This document shows positions 17,701 to 26,998 of a stretch of 64,000 nucleotides of DNA, piece by piece. The translations under genes and the position numbers were made by a program. Position 1 is the stretch's first letter; each line of letters starts with the position of its first letter. The notes beneath the pieces are model-generated. The model was not told the origin of the DNA and did not search any database. It worked only from the letters and a program-made list of their open reading frames with translations. Source of the stretch: a virus (lineage: Duplodnaviria; Caudoviricetes); IMG/VR virus record IMGVR_UViG_3300030106_005551, positions 6,887 to 70,886 of that record; one strand, written 5' to 3'.

Positions 17701-20700
17701 TCTGTTTAAAAACATAAAAAAGTCGCCAGCTATTAATTCATTAGGATTTACATCATTTAATTTTTTAGATCTTGATTGTTTATTTTTTAACCCTACAGCA
17801 TTATTAATAATACGTCTCATCATTCCTGAATGAACTGTAAAGTGAAATGTTTTTACACCTCTATCGTTTTTATTAAGCAATGCTAGTTGACTATAAATAT
17901 TATTATCAGGATGCATTATATCATTCTTATCAATAATTATTCCATCATTAATAATCTTTTCTACATTTTTAGCCCTATTGTGTAATCCATTTTCTTTATT
18001 AAATACACTAACTCCGTCCCCCTCTACATTATCTACCATTGATAAATAATTAATAGCTCTTGAGGCGACAAGCCCTTGTAAAAGTATAGTTCTTAATTCT
18101 GATTGTTTACCATGAATAAGTCCTTCTACAGGAAAGTTTACATAATCAGAAAACCCTTCTTTTTTATTTTTATACTTCATAAAAGATTCATACTTCATTT
18201 TTGGGCCAAACTTTGTTTTAGTATGCTCAAATAGTATGTTCCATAAAAACTGCCTTTCTCCTTTAAAAAGTATTGGTGTTTGTAATAATGCGTCTTTATT
18301 AATTAAACTACCCTTTGCGTTATCATCTAACAAAATATCTAAAACTTTATAAGCGGCATTATATCTATCGCTTCTATTTCTAGGATTTCTTTCAAAAAAT
18401 AATTCATTATATATAGCTGCAATTTGATTTGCTTTATCTTTATTTCCTTTAACGTCTTTAATAACGCTATCAATTACTCCTTGCTCTATTGTTGCGCTAG
18501 TACTTTCATATCTGTTCCAAAATCTTTTACCTTCATTTCCAATAGTTAAAACATTATGCGCCAGAACCTCTATGGTAATACCCTCAATAGGACCCTTAAT
18601 TTCCATTAGCTTAGCATTAGTAAGAGCCTTATCATTTTTATATACTCTATCTAATACGCTTAGCATTGCCATTATATTAGGGTTTTCAGAGCCCCTGAGC
18701 ATATTAATAAAATCATACGGATCATTTTGTGTGTCTTTTGCTAAAGACATAAGAGTAGCCAATAATTCTTTTGTTTTTATTTGATCGTCCTCTCTATAGT
18801 TATGCACTTCTACAATCTTTTTAATAAAATTAGTTGTAGTGGTTGGTAGCGCAATAGCTTTTGTTAAATCATCATATTTATCTACCTCATTAGTCATACC
18901 TTCAGACTCTCCAATTACATCATCAGTAGATTTTAAACTAATACCAATTTTGGCTAATTCGCCATCTAATATAATGTCTGCTTTTTTAAGATCTCCTGGT
19001 CGTTTTAACTGCGTTACAATAGCTGTAATATAATCTTTAGTATCTTTTATTAATTCATCTTTAATGTCTAAATTAGAATCATTAGCTATGGCCTCCATTA
19101 CTTTATCTGCTATTTGTTCAGGAGTTAAATTACGACCTATAAAATCTCCTATATAAGACGACACAGCAGCATATGAAGTAGGCTTTTGTAGCATTTTTTT
19201 ATTAGCCTTGTTAATAGGGCCATATCCAGAGTTCATCATATATGGCACGGTTCTATCAGCAGAATTAAAGTTAAGTAGTACAGTTTTAATTGCTGCTTCT
19301 AAATCTAATCCAGCTATATTTTCTACACTAAGATCTAATAATTTTCTAGCCTCTTCATCAGTGGCTAGCTTTTTACTTTCTTTATAAAACTCTATTAAAT
19401 CTTTTTCTAATTGTTTCTGAGCGGCAGAGCCTTTTACAACAGCGTCTACTGTTCCATAAGAATACGCTTCTAATGTTCTTGTAAATGTTTCTTCAAGTAA
19501 ATGCTTTTGTTGGTCTACCCTAACATCTTTGGCTCCATTAATTTTTAGTTGCGTTCTAAGAGATAAAAATAGTTCATTTATTCTAGTGCTGTCTCCTACT
19601 TTTTCAGCAGCAGCTATATTAGATGCAATGTCAATTAAATCACTTGTATACCTTGTCGTGTCAGTATTATTAATTATATTTCTATATATAGAGCCTAAAG
19701 TAGCCTTAACTCCTTTATAACTCATTAAAGTAAGCTCTGGGTAGTCTTGTTTAGTTTTTTGATATAATTCTGATTTAGGTAAAAGCTTTCTAATTTTTTT
19801 CATTAATGGTGTGTCTTCCATTAAACCATAATAGATATGTCCAGCTTCGTGTATTATATCTGATTGTGCTACTGAATCTATATTAATAAATACAGTAGAC
19901 CCTATAGCTAAAGATGAGGCTTCTTCACCATAATCAGTTAATAACTTTTCATAAGCTAAAACTCCTTTTGCACCAGGAAACTTTTTATTGACTATATCTT
20001 TAACTATAGATGTAGCTATAACACCAGAGCCGTATTTATATAAAGGTCTTATGTCTAATACTGTAGGCTCGTAATTAGGTATTTCTTTTTGGCTTTTTGT
20101 AAGAAACTTTTTAATTTTTTCTTTAGATTCTTTTACTGCTCCTATTAGCCTGTCTATTTTACGAGTATCTTTTTTCTTGGCTTTTTTTACAGGATCTTTG
20201 GCTTTAAAATCTCGTTGAGCTACCTTGCCTACTACTTCACCATTTATAACAACTTCTATTTCAGTTTCATATAAAAGGTTATCAAACTGAAAGTACAGCT
20301 TGCCATCCACCTCAACAACACCCTCTTGACCTTTAACTGGTTTTTTAAGACGTAATTCAACATTAGCATCTTCATCTAATACATACTTATCAGAAGTATT
20401 ATCAAAATCTCTGTACTGAATAGTTTCTCCCTCTGGAGTTTTAATAAAGTAATTAGGCCCCTTGCCTTTTTGTATGTCAGCTTTTTTTATCTGACGAGGA
20501 CCTTTTTCTAAGCTTTCTTCTGTAGTTTTATATTCCTTAGTTTTAGGAACTATTTGAGGTTGGTCTTTTTTTTTTACGTCTTCATCAGACTTTTTTTGTT
20601 TTCTTATAGCGCTTTCAATGTCTTTATTATTTATAGTTCCACCTCTGCCGCTACCTTTTATTTTTGTTGCCTCTTCTATAGATATAATACCATCTTCTAT

Positions 20701-22995
20701 AGCTTTTTTTAATTTTGTTTTTGCTCCTGAAGTAATATTAAGTTTATCTATATCTTCTATAGTTTTTTCTTCTGTTTTTGGCTTTCTAACTCTATTTACT
20801 AATCCTTTTACTCCTTCAACAGCCCTGCCCCCTAAATCTTTTACAGTTTCTAATGCTTTTGTTCCCGCTTCTTTTACTTGATCTACAAGAGGAGTCTTTT
20901 CTTCAGCTTTAGCATCTGCTTCAGCTTTTTCTCTCTCAATTTTTTGCTTTTCTCCTTCTTGTGTAAAAGCTTCAAATTCGTCTTTTGTTAATCCTTCTTT
21001 TTTAAATCTAGCATCTCTTTTTCCAGTAGATTTAGCTATAGGGGCTTGATCTACTTTAGCAGTATATATATCTTCAATAGACTGTTCTACACTTGCTAAA
21101 TCGTTATTTAAAGCTTCTATTGTAGCATCATGTCTTTCTTTTAATGCTTGTAATTTTGCTTCTAATTTTTTCTTATCTTTAATAACAGATTTTTGATGTT
21201 CCACCGTTTCATTATAGCTTGCTTTTTCATCAGCTATTTCGCCTTCCTTACGAGTTTTAACCATTTCTAAGTTAAACGCTTTTTCAGCACCTGCCTCAGT
21301 AAGAGAACTATTTACATGATGTTTTGCATAATCTCTTTCTGCTAATTCAATTCTTGCTTTATATTCTAATCCCTGCTCTTCAGACAGCTTATTATCTTTA
21401 ACTAAATTGTCTACAATAGACATAGCGGCAGATCCATCTCCTGAATAATTCCAAATATTAGACGCTATTAAATTATCTATTGCTTGCTCAAATATAATAG
21501 CTTGTTCTGCGCTCATATTGCCTTCATTGTTAGAAAGCATATCTATTACATTATTATAAGCGTCTATCTTTTTATCTGTAAGATGTTTTCTTTCAGCAGC
21601 AGCATCAAAATACCCTCTTGCTCCACCCATAGCTCCTCCTAATCCTACAGAAGACCAAAATATATCTCTTAGTCCAGAATCTTTTCCAAATGGAGCTTCT
21701 TTTAACCATGAGGTCCAAGACTCATAACCCTTATTGTTTGCTTGCTGTATATTTTTGTATTTAGCCCATTCCTGATAAACCTCTTGAAACCCTTCTGTTA
21801 ATCCTTCTACTCCAGCATAAACTCCTGCTGCTGGTAAATTTGGCACTACACTTCTCATCAACATTCCAGTAAGACCCTTCATATTTTTTGCAAATGGTGC
21901 TTTTGCTATAGGGCTTCTTAACACCTTGCCCATTAAGCCTCTACCAGCACCTCCAAATAAAATTCCATATTGAAGTATATCTACACCCATCCATATAGCG
22001 TTATCTGCCATAACTCCTGCCGCGTGACTTGCTGCTTCTTCTGGTGTAAACATAGGATTACCATTAGCATCTACATCATTAGCCATTTCTTGATACGCTT
22101 CTCCAGCCAAAAAAGCTCCTTCAAATAAATTGGCTGTTGCACCACCACCAATATATCCACTTATATTTCTTGCAAGTTTAGTAGGCTTTATTCCAGCCTT
22201 TCCTAAATCAACACCTAATTTACCTAAAGCTCCAGTGCCTTTTACTCCTTTAAACCCTTTTTCTCCAGCACCTGTTAATTTTACCCCTTTAGCCATTTTA
22301 CCAAACATTCCTGATTTAGAGGCATATTTTAATGCTGTTGGACCAAGTCTACCAAGTAGTCTTCCTGCTAGTATAGAACCACCAGCATATGGCATTATAA
22401 ACGATGCGGCATAAGGAACAAGCCTTGATATTTTTGAACTCCAAAACTCTCCTTTAAACATATCATCCCAAGTAATATCTTGCAAATCTTCAGATAATAC
22501 TAAAGCATTTTCTTTTTGATATTCTGTTCCTACTTTTTTTAAGTACGATCCTACGCTTGTAGTTAAATCGCCCTCTCCTGGAGTAAGTAACGCTGACAAA
22601 TAATCTATAGTGTCTCCTGTTCCTGAAACTAAATCACCCCAACCAGCTTTTAATCCTCTAGCAACTCTTTCTCCAGTAGAACCTATCATTGCATTAGGAT
22701 CTGTTATTTGTTGCTGTGGAGCAGGACCATATCTTTCAGCGTCTAGCCCAGAATATAATGTATTGCCCATTTCACCAGCGGCAACCCCTTGCGCGTATTG
22801 ATCTAGAGCAATATCATTAATAGTATTTGTTTGAATAGAATTTTCTATAAGGCCACTTAATCCAGTTGGACCTTGCTGCATATCTCCTTCATACAAGTTT
22901 TGTATATCTTGTTCTGGTGATTGCGGTGTTAGTGAGGGTGGTGTAGCCCTGCCTAATATTTCATTAAGACCTGAAGTATAATCGTTGTCTGCCAT
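11725..22995 (-). CDS. Giant virion protein containing crAss-like double-psi beta-barrel RNA polymerase, 3756 aa
   Basis: GTRVPAHG (R2274, P2276) followed by WGADLDGD (D2316/D2318/D2320, nt 16036-16050); HEAGH at residues 1049-1053; Gly-rich hydrophobic N-terminus; located after the tail/ejection genes as in crAss-like phages. Confidence 0.85.
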   Translation of the reverse strand: MADNDYTSGLNEILGRATPPSLTPQSPEQDIQNLYEGDMQQGPTGLSGLIENSIQTNTINDIALDQYAQGVAAGEMGNTLYSGLDAERYGPAPQQQITDPNAMIGSTGERVARGLKAGWGDLVSGTGDTIDYLSALLTPGEGDLTTSVGSYLKKVGTEYQKENALVLSEDLQDITWDDMFKGEFWSSKISRLVPYAASFIMPYAGGSILAGRLLGRLGPTALKYASKSGMFGKMAKGVKLTGAGEKGFKGVKGTGALGKLGVDLGKAGIKPTKLARNISGYIGGGATANLFEGAFLAGEAYQEMANDVDANGNPMFTPEEAASHAAGVMADNAIWMGVDILQYGILFGGAGRGLMGKVLRSPIAKAPFAKNMKGLTGMLMRSVVPNLPAAGVYAGVEGLTEGFQEVYQEWAKYKNIQQANNKGYESWTSWLKEAPFGKDSGLRDIFWSSVGLGGAMGGARGYFDAAAERKHLTDKKIDAYNNVIDMLSNNEGNMSAEQAIIFEQAIDNLIASNIWNYSGDGSAAMSIVDNLVKDNKLSEEQGLEYKARIELAERDYAKHHVNSSLTEAGAEKAFNLEMVKTRKEGEIADEKASYNETVEHQKSVIKDKKKLEAKLQALKERHDATIEALNNDLASVEQSIEDIYTAKVDQAPIAKSTGKRDARFKKEGLTKDEFEAFTQEGEKQKIEREKAEADAKAEEKTPLVDQVKEAGTKALETVKDLGGRAVEGVKGLVNRVRKPKTEEKTIEDIDKLNITSGAKTKLKKAIEDGIISIEEATKIKGSGRGGTINNKDIESAIRKQKKSDEDVKKKDQPQIVPKTKEYKTTEESLEKGPRQIKKADIQKGKGPNYFIKTPEGETIQYRDFDNTSDKYVLDEDANVELRLKKPVKGQEGVVEVDGKLYFQFDNLLYETEIEVVINGEVVGKVAQRDFKAKDPVKKAKKKDTRKIDRLIGAVKESKEKIKKFLTKSQKEIPNYEPTVLDIRPLYKYGSGVIATSIVKDIVNKKFPGAKGVLAYEKLLTDYGEEASSLAIGSTVFINIDSVAQSDIIHEAGHIYYGLMEDTPLMKKIRKLLPKSELYQKTKQDYPELTLMSYKGVKATLGSIYRNIINNTDTTRYTSDLIDIASNIAAAEKVGDSTRINELFLSLRTQLKINGAKDVRVDQQKHLLEETFTRTLEAYSYGTVDAVVKGSAAQKQLEKDLIEFYKESKKLATDEEARKLLDLSVENIAGLDLEAAIKTVLLNFNSADRTVPYMMNSGYGPINKANKKMLQKPTSYAAVSSYIGDFIGRNLTPEQIADKVMEAIANDSNLDIKDELIKDTKDYITAIVTQLKRPGDLKKADIILDGELAKIGISLKSTDDVIGESEGMTNEVDKYDDLTKAIALPTTTTNFIKKIVEVHNYREDDQIKTKELLATLMSLAKDTQNDPYDFINMLRGSENPNIMAMLSVLDRVYKNDKALTNAKLMEIKGPIEGITIEVLAHNVLTIGNEGKRFWNRYESTSATIEQGVIDSVIKDVKGNKDKANQIAAIYNELFFERNPRNRSDRYNAAYKVLDILLDDNAKGSLINKDALLQTPILFKGERQFLWNILFEHTKTKFGPKMKYESFMKYKNKKEGFSDYVNFPVEGLIHGKQSELRTILLQGLVASRAINYLSMVDNVEGDGVSVFNKENGLHNRAKNVEKIINDGIIIDKNDIMHPDNNIYSQLALLNKNDRGVKTFHFTVHSGMMRRIINNAVGLKNKQSRSKKLNDVNPNELIAGDFFMFLNRYNQGVKNKQETIKYDQPIAVFSDKSRRYYIESIAAHDTKSRKALLSRVKNNPAYNAKYKNGDRVFPYTIENNKIKEMPRLIKQWREYANTNKELFKNNEAIKKGVLQDGAIESFLTSYIANKFMAQQLFIHDHRQSKDQVDYIKRAAGAIASHVVFDRNTSVEFVVTKDYYVDKEGNIGTEDNVDTAIENDAMGYVLPEQAEFIRAKYGEAQKVGNVFKFVYHYTQLEGPQKGRTTYMKFAVHTLTPELEVQSLYFKNIGDILRARKAEIDLTSKGGLIIAASESAAKLYSGGDNFIHDIGEDYNMSDILTKQDEIYGGDSKYQGLSGEGLGIQLELDKQTDERFFPSQLFYNLLSNITPENQATINRMLELRQNVMEANNSSRNASLIMNDKASEETVLKERDSFKSSVTAEVFDVLVDNTYDNLDPRYPYLNAVHNSIATGRITHKGTKMYTKGSIGYQSSSLGMGLKSYEKGLYAGDENVVASEAIVPGYLQKQGVKKGDLFIGTRVPAHGKVSSSIFVVKDFHKQIGDSPTSNVTIPAWVSKYWGADLDGDSIHMNFKWTPEEVAKKEWRADSNEFFDLYVELASKDEIQKEIQADIDFISDAENAIAKVPALKETDSQLAPWGDAQMFEDNVPAKNLVGMIASLQRSFNVFSNSRDELPFAITIKGESEAVTRETFFDDIALENGVGNWYGVAQILNIALDNAKHQYASKLGLDMQSVFPFVLLRRLGYSLNDLAVLFNSPIVKKYMESKRNSSKDYISKDSDIMDMFIQKDSISENQLLKFAKDNGLGNINIKDFVKNPVININLKSLKNTKATQKQAILMLYTLDKFKQAAVDPLSKAFTVHQSIEKNPLELKQIREGIAQAQGLVRIPLLGKMGLDYSFTEKTKTNNIIEHATGLFDSILERASRTDIRYTPYMQNILTTPMVLGKLNKLGEIKSEVINQVITNNLRGEFSMLGERKNQDVLIKEFKELQERRKGNYFLDNVIQVSDKGNYIVLNRAEITEFTSYKAIEQIKESFAELSDLDKNLIFEIEAEFNRFGLAGGAGKATSFTPFFDNEYLGRINDEMSRIIEESQTKKADYLTGSVSTELNDAIKDVENRKAGRDKYTLDKKIDKASKDNNSFEAPVRKAKKVITADTSYNSDYLGEGVELLSFTEWNADKGIDISKIERDSKTYKMLVEKYNKYRSHLKLVREFEATLEKKPLSKYTMEGLYDRARKFRKMDNSATKGIAYTIEKEIGQRAFQEQAKFLRTEGKKQNYEYKTPGVDGVAQDDLTGFQTWLGSNNMTSKRPEIQYLINEAQKEYRKYMKSFKEHKNLIEEKNRALVKSKMKGISILERIRQGFDTNARYQYIYGNIATVENGNVRLFTPEEIEENGVELTKQEEEYYIRYKAIAEILLGSDDGETRIPGVQMGNLESMSRNGLFGLYSASIDANDYYRVRVRGIDSNGDSVYKTFYEWKYDVYKGRTGKLKLKSGREIFELDKLRKKAKRYKSQGIHEDGKKIMLSDMEYDALVNNGAMLKRMIGSKNISDVDAELIQEYEIRKGVKSQNISYDINTTLLEFARGHIFKHGEGIYKMEDGVIVERDDRFAGMDKVAILTDAIIGFNKNLDNKNAVKYLTEWWKEGFLERKEQESALGKTGDKVIDGFVKLTSLRLLGFNMTVGIGNVLAGKYQELRKRGGNQFIKGESRYWKDFTKSQKILSDNRIVEYSFDEFIHLSEKKGAFGKIEKWAYIFMDKTEGYIQGAAFLGMLTDKEFNNPETITEERVMYINHKISTLHGEGYTALDASLLSMYSYGRALLQFKKWFITLIRDRFKAEDIDRFGEVNIGSYRASSEFITDLFRNYFAGNLTKKDIIDIYNKSSEERKKGMRAHVAGLGIGVTLLSLIAMMEDDDEPDTKTIRTLKKFSNDVFVTTDLRRFVNYTIVPASTGTLQNAVKAIGQATSGEKVKRTSPYAEKGSSLAKKTLLTEVAPYAETRKQILNTIYN

Positions 22996-25055
22996 TATCT
23001 ACCTCTTTGATACTGAATTATTCCTTTTGTAATTTTTCTACTATTTTTATAGTCTTTTTCATTATATTGTGTTTGACTATATTCGTCATAGTTTCCAGTT
23101 TTTATTGCTGTTAACATTGCCTCAAAAGCTGGGTTGCCACCTATTAAACCTTCTTGTAAAATTTTAGCACTATAGGCCATGTATTGTCCTGGATTTTGTG
23201 CTATCATTTTTTTAGAAGGATCTGTTTCTTGTGGATTAAAATCATATGGATAAGTTCTTTCTTGTTGCGAAGCTACAAATAAATCTGACATTATCATAGG
23301 AACTGCTTGCTGAATTTTAACTGCAGGAACCCTAGACAAACCAAGACCAACTGTTAAAGTTTGATCGTATCCTGAAACAAGATCTTCAACAGATTCAGGA
23401 TTTGGCATATTTAATTGTCTTTGTAATTTAGCGTTAGCAACCATTTGTCTTTTAGCAATCATTTTTTCTCTTGCCATTTGTTGTTCATATGAACCTGATT
23501 GCCCTAAAACTTCATTTAGTTTTTCTGGATTTATTTGTTCGTTTAAAGACATTAATACGTTTGCGTCTCCTAAATCTAATTCTTTATAGTAAACATCATT
23601 ATGTGACAATAAATCAAAATCTTCCATTTCTGCTACAATTACTGGCTGGAAAACAACGTCTTTGTATTCTTTTGATAATTTTGTCCTGTCTTCTTTATTA
23701 GTAACATCGGTAAGTAAAATAGATTTTCCATCTGCACCAGTTCCTCTTAAAGCAACAAAATATCCATTAAGCTTAAGATCCATTTTTTCATCTTCACCTA
23801 CCCAGTCTTCAAAGCCTGTTTCTCCTGGCATTATATCTGATGTATCTTGTGATGTTATTTGATGACCTCTTGAGTCGTATGCGCCAACCATGCCTACATC
23901 ATATATTTTACGATTTTTAGACACATACTTAGATATGTCAGAATCTTGATATTTACCAAATAAAATTTCTGATATTTTATCTTCTATATTTTTATCTACA
24001 AACACCTGGCCTCCTGAAGCAACTTGCCTACCTTTTCCAAAAATAGCTTTTGTACCTACATAACTTTTAGTTTGTTTTGTTGCATCATATCCGCCAAATC
24101 TATTCCAGGTTTTAGCTAAACCAGTTTCGTTAAAAAGTTTGTGGAATGTTTCACCATCTTTTAAATTTAAATTATCAAAGAATTGTTTTCCAGTAACTAT
24201 ACCAGTTTTATTGGTTTCTTTAGTCATTCTTTTTAACTCACTACCAAAATCAGTATCAATTTCTTTTTCTCCAAACATAGCCTGGCCATTAAAATAATCT
24301 ACCCCTCCTGAAGGGGTTACATTCAATTCATTAGCAAGCCAAGCTTTCATTTGACTATCAGTATATTGTGTACCTGGTTCAGCGTTAGAATCATTAATCA
24401 TGTCCGCAAGTATTGCACTATAATTATCATATAATACATCATCTAAATTTATAGCGTCTGCTGAATTACGAGCCTTTATAGATTCATTTAAATAATCCTG
24501 TCTGCCTCCATAAAATATAAAATTATCTGTTGTTCCGTCTAAAAATTGTTTATATCTTTCTTTGCTTCCTTTTGTTAAAAATCTATCATTTTTATCTTTA
24601 TCTAAAGCATAAGCGTGGTACAACTCTAAACTAGCTTTATTTTTATTTACCCTTCTAGAAACAGGATTATCTTTAAGCTTTGCCTTATATTCTTCTAATA
24701 AATAATCTAAATTACCATATAGTCTTGCATTATCTACAGATCCATGCTGTCTTAAGATTTCTTGTATATCTCCCCAGCCAGACATGGTGTTATGCCAATT
24801 TCTAAAATCATCTATATCTTTTTGTCTAGAAAAATTATTTTTAGTATACAAGTCCATTTTAGCAGCTTCAGTGGCTGTATTCAGTTGAGACTGTAATGCT
24901 TTTTGTTTATCTAATTGTGCAAGCTCCATTTGACGCTGTTGTTGCGCTATTTGAAACTCTTGTAGTTTTCTTTGATCTCTCATTTCTTGTATACGACCAG
25001 CAGCCTGCATTGGTCCTGTAAGAGCTTCAAAAAATCCGTAATCTACTGTTGACAT
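22995..25055 (-). CDS. Putative ejection/internal virion protein, 686 aa
   Basis: Lies between the lysozyme-bearing protein and vRNAP; Gln-rich coiled N-terminus; no recognised motif. Confidence 0.55.
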   Translation of the reverse strand: MSTVDYGFFEALTGPMQAAGRIQEMRDQRKLQEFQIAQQQRQMELAQLDKQKALQSQLNTATEAAKMDLYTKNNFSRQKDIDDFRNWHNTMSGWGDIQEILRQHGSVDNARLYGNLDYLLEEYKAKLKDNPVSRRVNKNKASLELYHAYALDKDKNDRFLTKGSKERYKQFLDGTTDNFIFYGGRQDYLNESIKARNSADAINLDDVLYDNYSAILADMINDSNAEPGTQYTDSQMKAWLANELNVTPSGGVDYFNGQAMFGEKEIDTDFGSELKRMTKETNKTGIVTGKQFFDNLNLKDGETFHKLFNETGLAKTWNRFGGYDATKQTKSYVGTKAIFGKGRQVASGGQVFVDKNIEDKISEILFGKYQDSDISKYVSKNRKIYDVGMVGAYDSRGHQITSQDTSDIMPGETGFEDWVGEDEKMDLKLNGYFVALRGTGADGKSILLTDVTNKEDRTKLSKEYKDVVFQPVIVAEMEDFDLLSHNDVYYKELDLGDANVLMSLNEQINPEKLNEVLGQSGSYEQQMAREKMIAKRQMVANAKLQRQLNMPNPESVEDLVSGYDQTLTVGLGLSRVPAVKIQQAVPMIMSDLFVASQQERTYPYDFNPQETDPSKKMIAQNPGQYMAYSAKILQEGLIGGNPAFEAMLTAIKTGNYDEYSQTQYNEKDYKNSRKITKGIIQYQRGR

Positions 25056-25069
25056 ATTTTATTCTTGTA

Positions 25070-26998
25070 TTATTGTTCTGTTTTTCCCCAATTTGTTATA
25101 GAGTTAAGTAAATTTGTAGTTCCAGGCGCTGGATTAGGAACTAAAGAGCTTCTACCAAACCCTGATAGTAAATTTGTAAATGCTGCTGATGTAAATCCTG
25201 CTGCTGATTTTTTATTAGCAACTTGTCTTTCCATATCTTCAGCTCTTTCCTTTTCTGTTTGTTGTATATCAAAATTTTCCTTAAAGAGCATTGCTTTTTC
25301 ATATCTCTCTTGATTCGCAGCTTGTAGCTCTTCATCTTTTACTGCATAGTTTAATAATGCAGAACTACGTTGAGCATCCAAAACTCCTGATTGAGCTAAA
25401 AATCTAGCCCTTTGACCTCCAGAACCTCTTACCGCGTTTTCTAATCCTATTTGATAAGACTTATCTAGTTCTTTTCTAAACTTTCTAGCTTGATCTGGAT
25501 GAAAACCTTTTTTAGCTAACTCTCTAGTTTGTCTTAAATGTTGCATAAACATTGGAGATAGCTCAGCGCTAGCCTGTGGTTTTACTTCTTCCATTGCGGC
25601 TTTTAAACCTTTTTTACCCATTATGTATGAGATAATAGCCCCAGGCCCTCCAATAGCATCTAAAGCGGCGCCAGCCCCTTTTAGTAACTCGCTTCCAGCT
25701 TGACCAAATTTTTGAGCTTTTGTTAAAGGTGTTTCTTTAGCAGGCGTCTCTTCAACAACTACCTCTTCAGTGGGCTTTTCTTCAGTGGTTACTTCTTCAG
25801 TAGGAGTCTCTATTATCTGTGACTGATCAGTTTTTTCATCAACTACATTATAAACAATATCATCACTTTTATCATCGCTTAAAGGATCTGGTAACACAGG
25901 AGTAGTTTTACTTTTTTCTATATCAATAGATCCATCAGGAAGTAAAATGTTTTGATTATAACCTTGTTGTACTGGACTAATATCATAGTCTCTCCAACCT
26001 TGCTTTGTTAACAGTTTTACCCTATTCCCTGACTCTAATATAGTTTTTCTAGACTCTGCTATTTCCTTTGTTATATCTGCTGGTACGTCCTCTCCAGCGT
26101 TTACATATGCTTTTGCCTCGTTCTGCAATCTAGATAGCTGAGCTCTTGCATTATTTTCTCTATTCACATAATTATTTAACTCTTTTTTATATAAATCTTC
26201 TTTTAATACGTTTTCTTTTTTTGAAAGACTTTTTATTAATTCACTTCTTTTTTTTATGAGACTATTATATTCTTTTGTCCCTTTACTAAAAGAATTTAGA
26301 TTTTTTTCTATACTATTTAATTCCTTAAAGGCGTCTTGATTATCTTCTAGATATTTTAAATATTCATCTCTACCAGATATTCTGTCTAAAATATCTTTTC
26401 TGTATTTCTTTTTGCTTGTGCTTTTAGAATCTTCCTCTATTTTAACCTCTGGTATTAATGTTGACTCCTCTATTGGCTCTTCTCCAGAAATAGGATAATA
26501 CCCTTTTTGTTCTTTTTGCTGCTCTATTTCTTCATCAGTTTTGCCTTTTTGAGAAACTATAATATTTTCCTCATCATCAAAACTGATTAAATTTAAATTA
26601 TCTATTCTTTTTTGTATTGCTTTTGAAGACTGATCTTTAGGCTTTTCAAATTCTTTCATAAAAGCTTTTGTGGCATCCTCTTCATCTTTATAGCTACTAT
26701 TAAGATAATTTTGAGCCTCTTGCTCTTTTAATGCAAAATCAATTTGCCCTTTCCAATTTGTTTCCCAGTTTGGCACCTGCTCTAAAAATGCTTTTTTTCT
26801 AGCAGGAAATGTGTGTTGAAAAAGACCTATACCTTTATTTTTTACATTTGCCATTTCAACCGCATCGGAATAAAAAAGTGATTCAGATTGTATATTAGCA
26901 ATAATTCCCAAGGCTTTATTCTTGGTCATTTTAGGTTTAGTCATTAAATAATTATAAACCTCTTTTATAGATATTTTATTTTTTCCTGGTAGAGCCAT
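25070..26998 (-). CDS. Internal virion protein with N-terminal phage tail lysozyme domain
   Basis: KALGIIANIQSES and GIGLFQHT..R..WKGQIDFALKE match the Phage_lysozyme2 pattern; coiled-coil and Gly/Ala-rich C-terminus. Confidence 0.8.
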   Translation of the reverse strand: MALPGKNKISIKEVYNYLMTKPKMTKNKALGIIANIQSESLFYSDAVEMANVKNKGIGLFQHTFPARKKAFLEQVPNWETNWKGQIDFALKEQEAQNYLNSSYKDEEDATKAFMKEFEKPKDQSSKAIQKRIDNLNLISFDDEENIIVSQKGKTDEEIEQQKEQKGYYPISGEEPIEESTLIPEVKIEEDSKSTSKKKYRKDILDRISGRDEYLKYLEDNQDAFKELNSIEKNLNSFSKGTKEYNSLIKKRSELIKSLSKKENVLKEDLYKKELNNYVNRENNARAQLSRLQNEAKAYVNAGEDVPADITKEIAESRKTILESGNRVKLLTKQGWRDYDISPVQQGYNQNILLPDGSIDIEKSKTTPVLPDPLSDDKSDDIVYNVVDEKTDQSQIIETPTEEVTTEEKPTEEVVVEETPAKETPLTKAQKFGQAGSELLKGAGAALDAIGGPGAIISYIMGKKGLKAAMEEVKPQASAELSPMFMQHLRQTRELAKKGFHPDQARKFRKELDKSYQIGLENAVRGSGGQRARFLAQSGVLDAQRSSALLNYAVKDEELQAANQERYEKAMLFKENFDIQQTEKERAEDMERQVANKKSAAGFTSAAFTNLLSGFGRSSLVPNPAPGTTNLLNSITNWGKTEQ

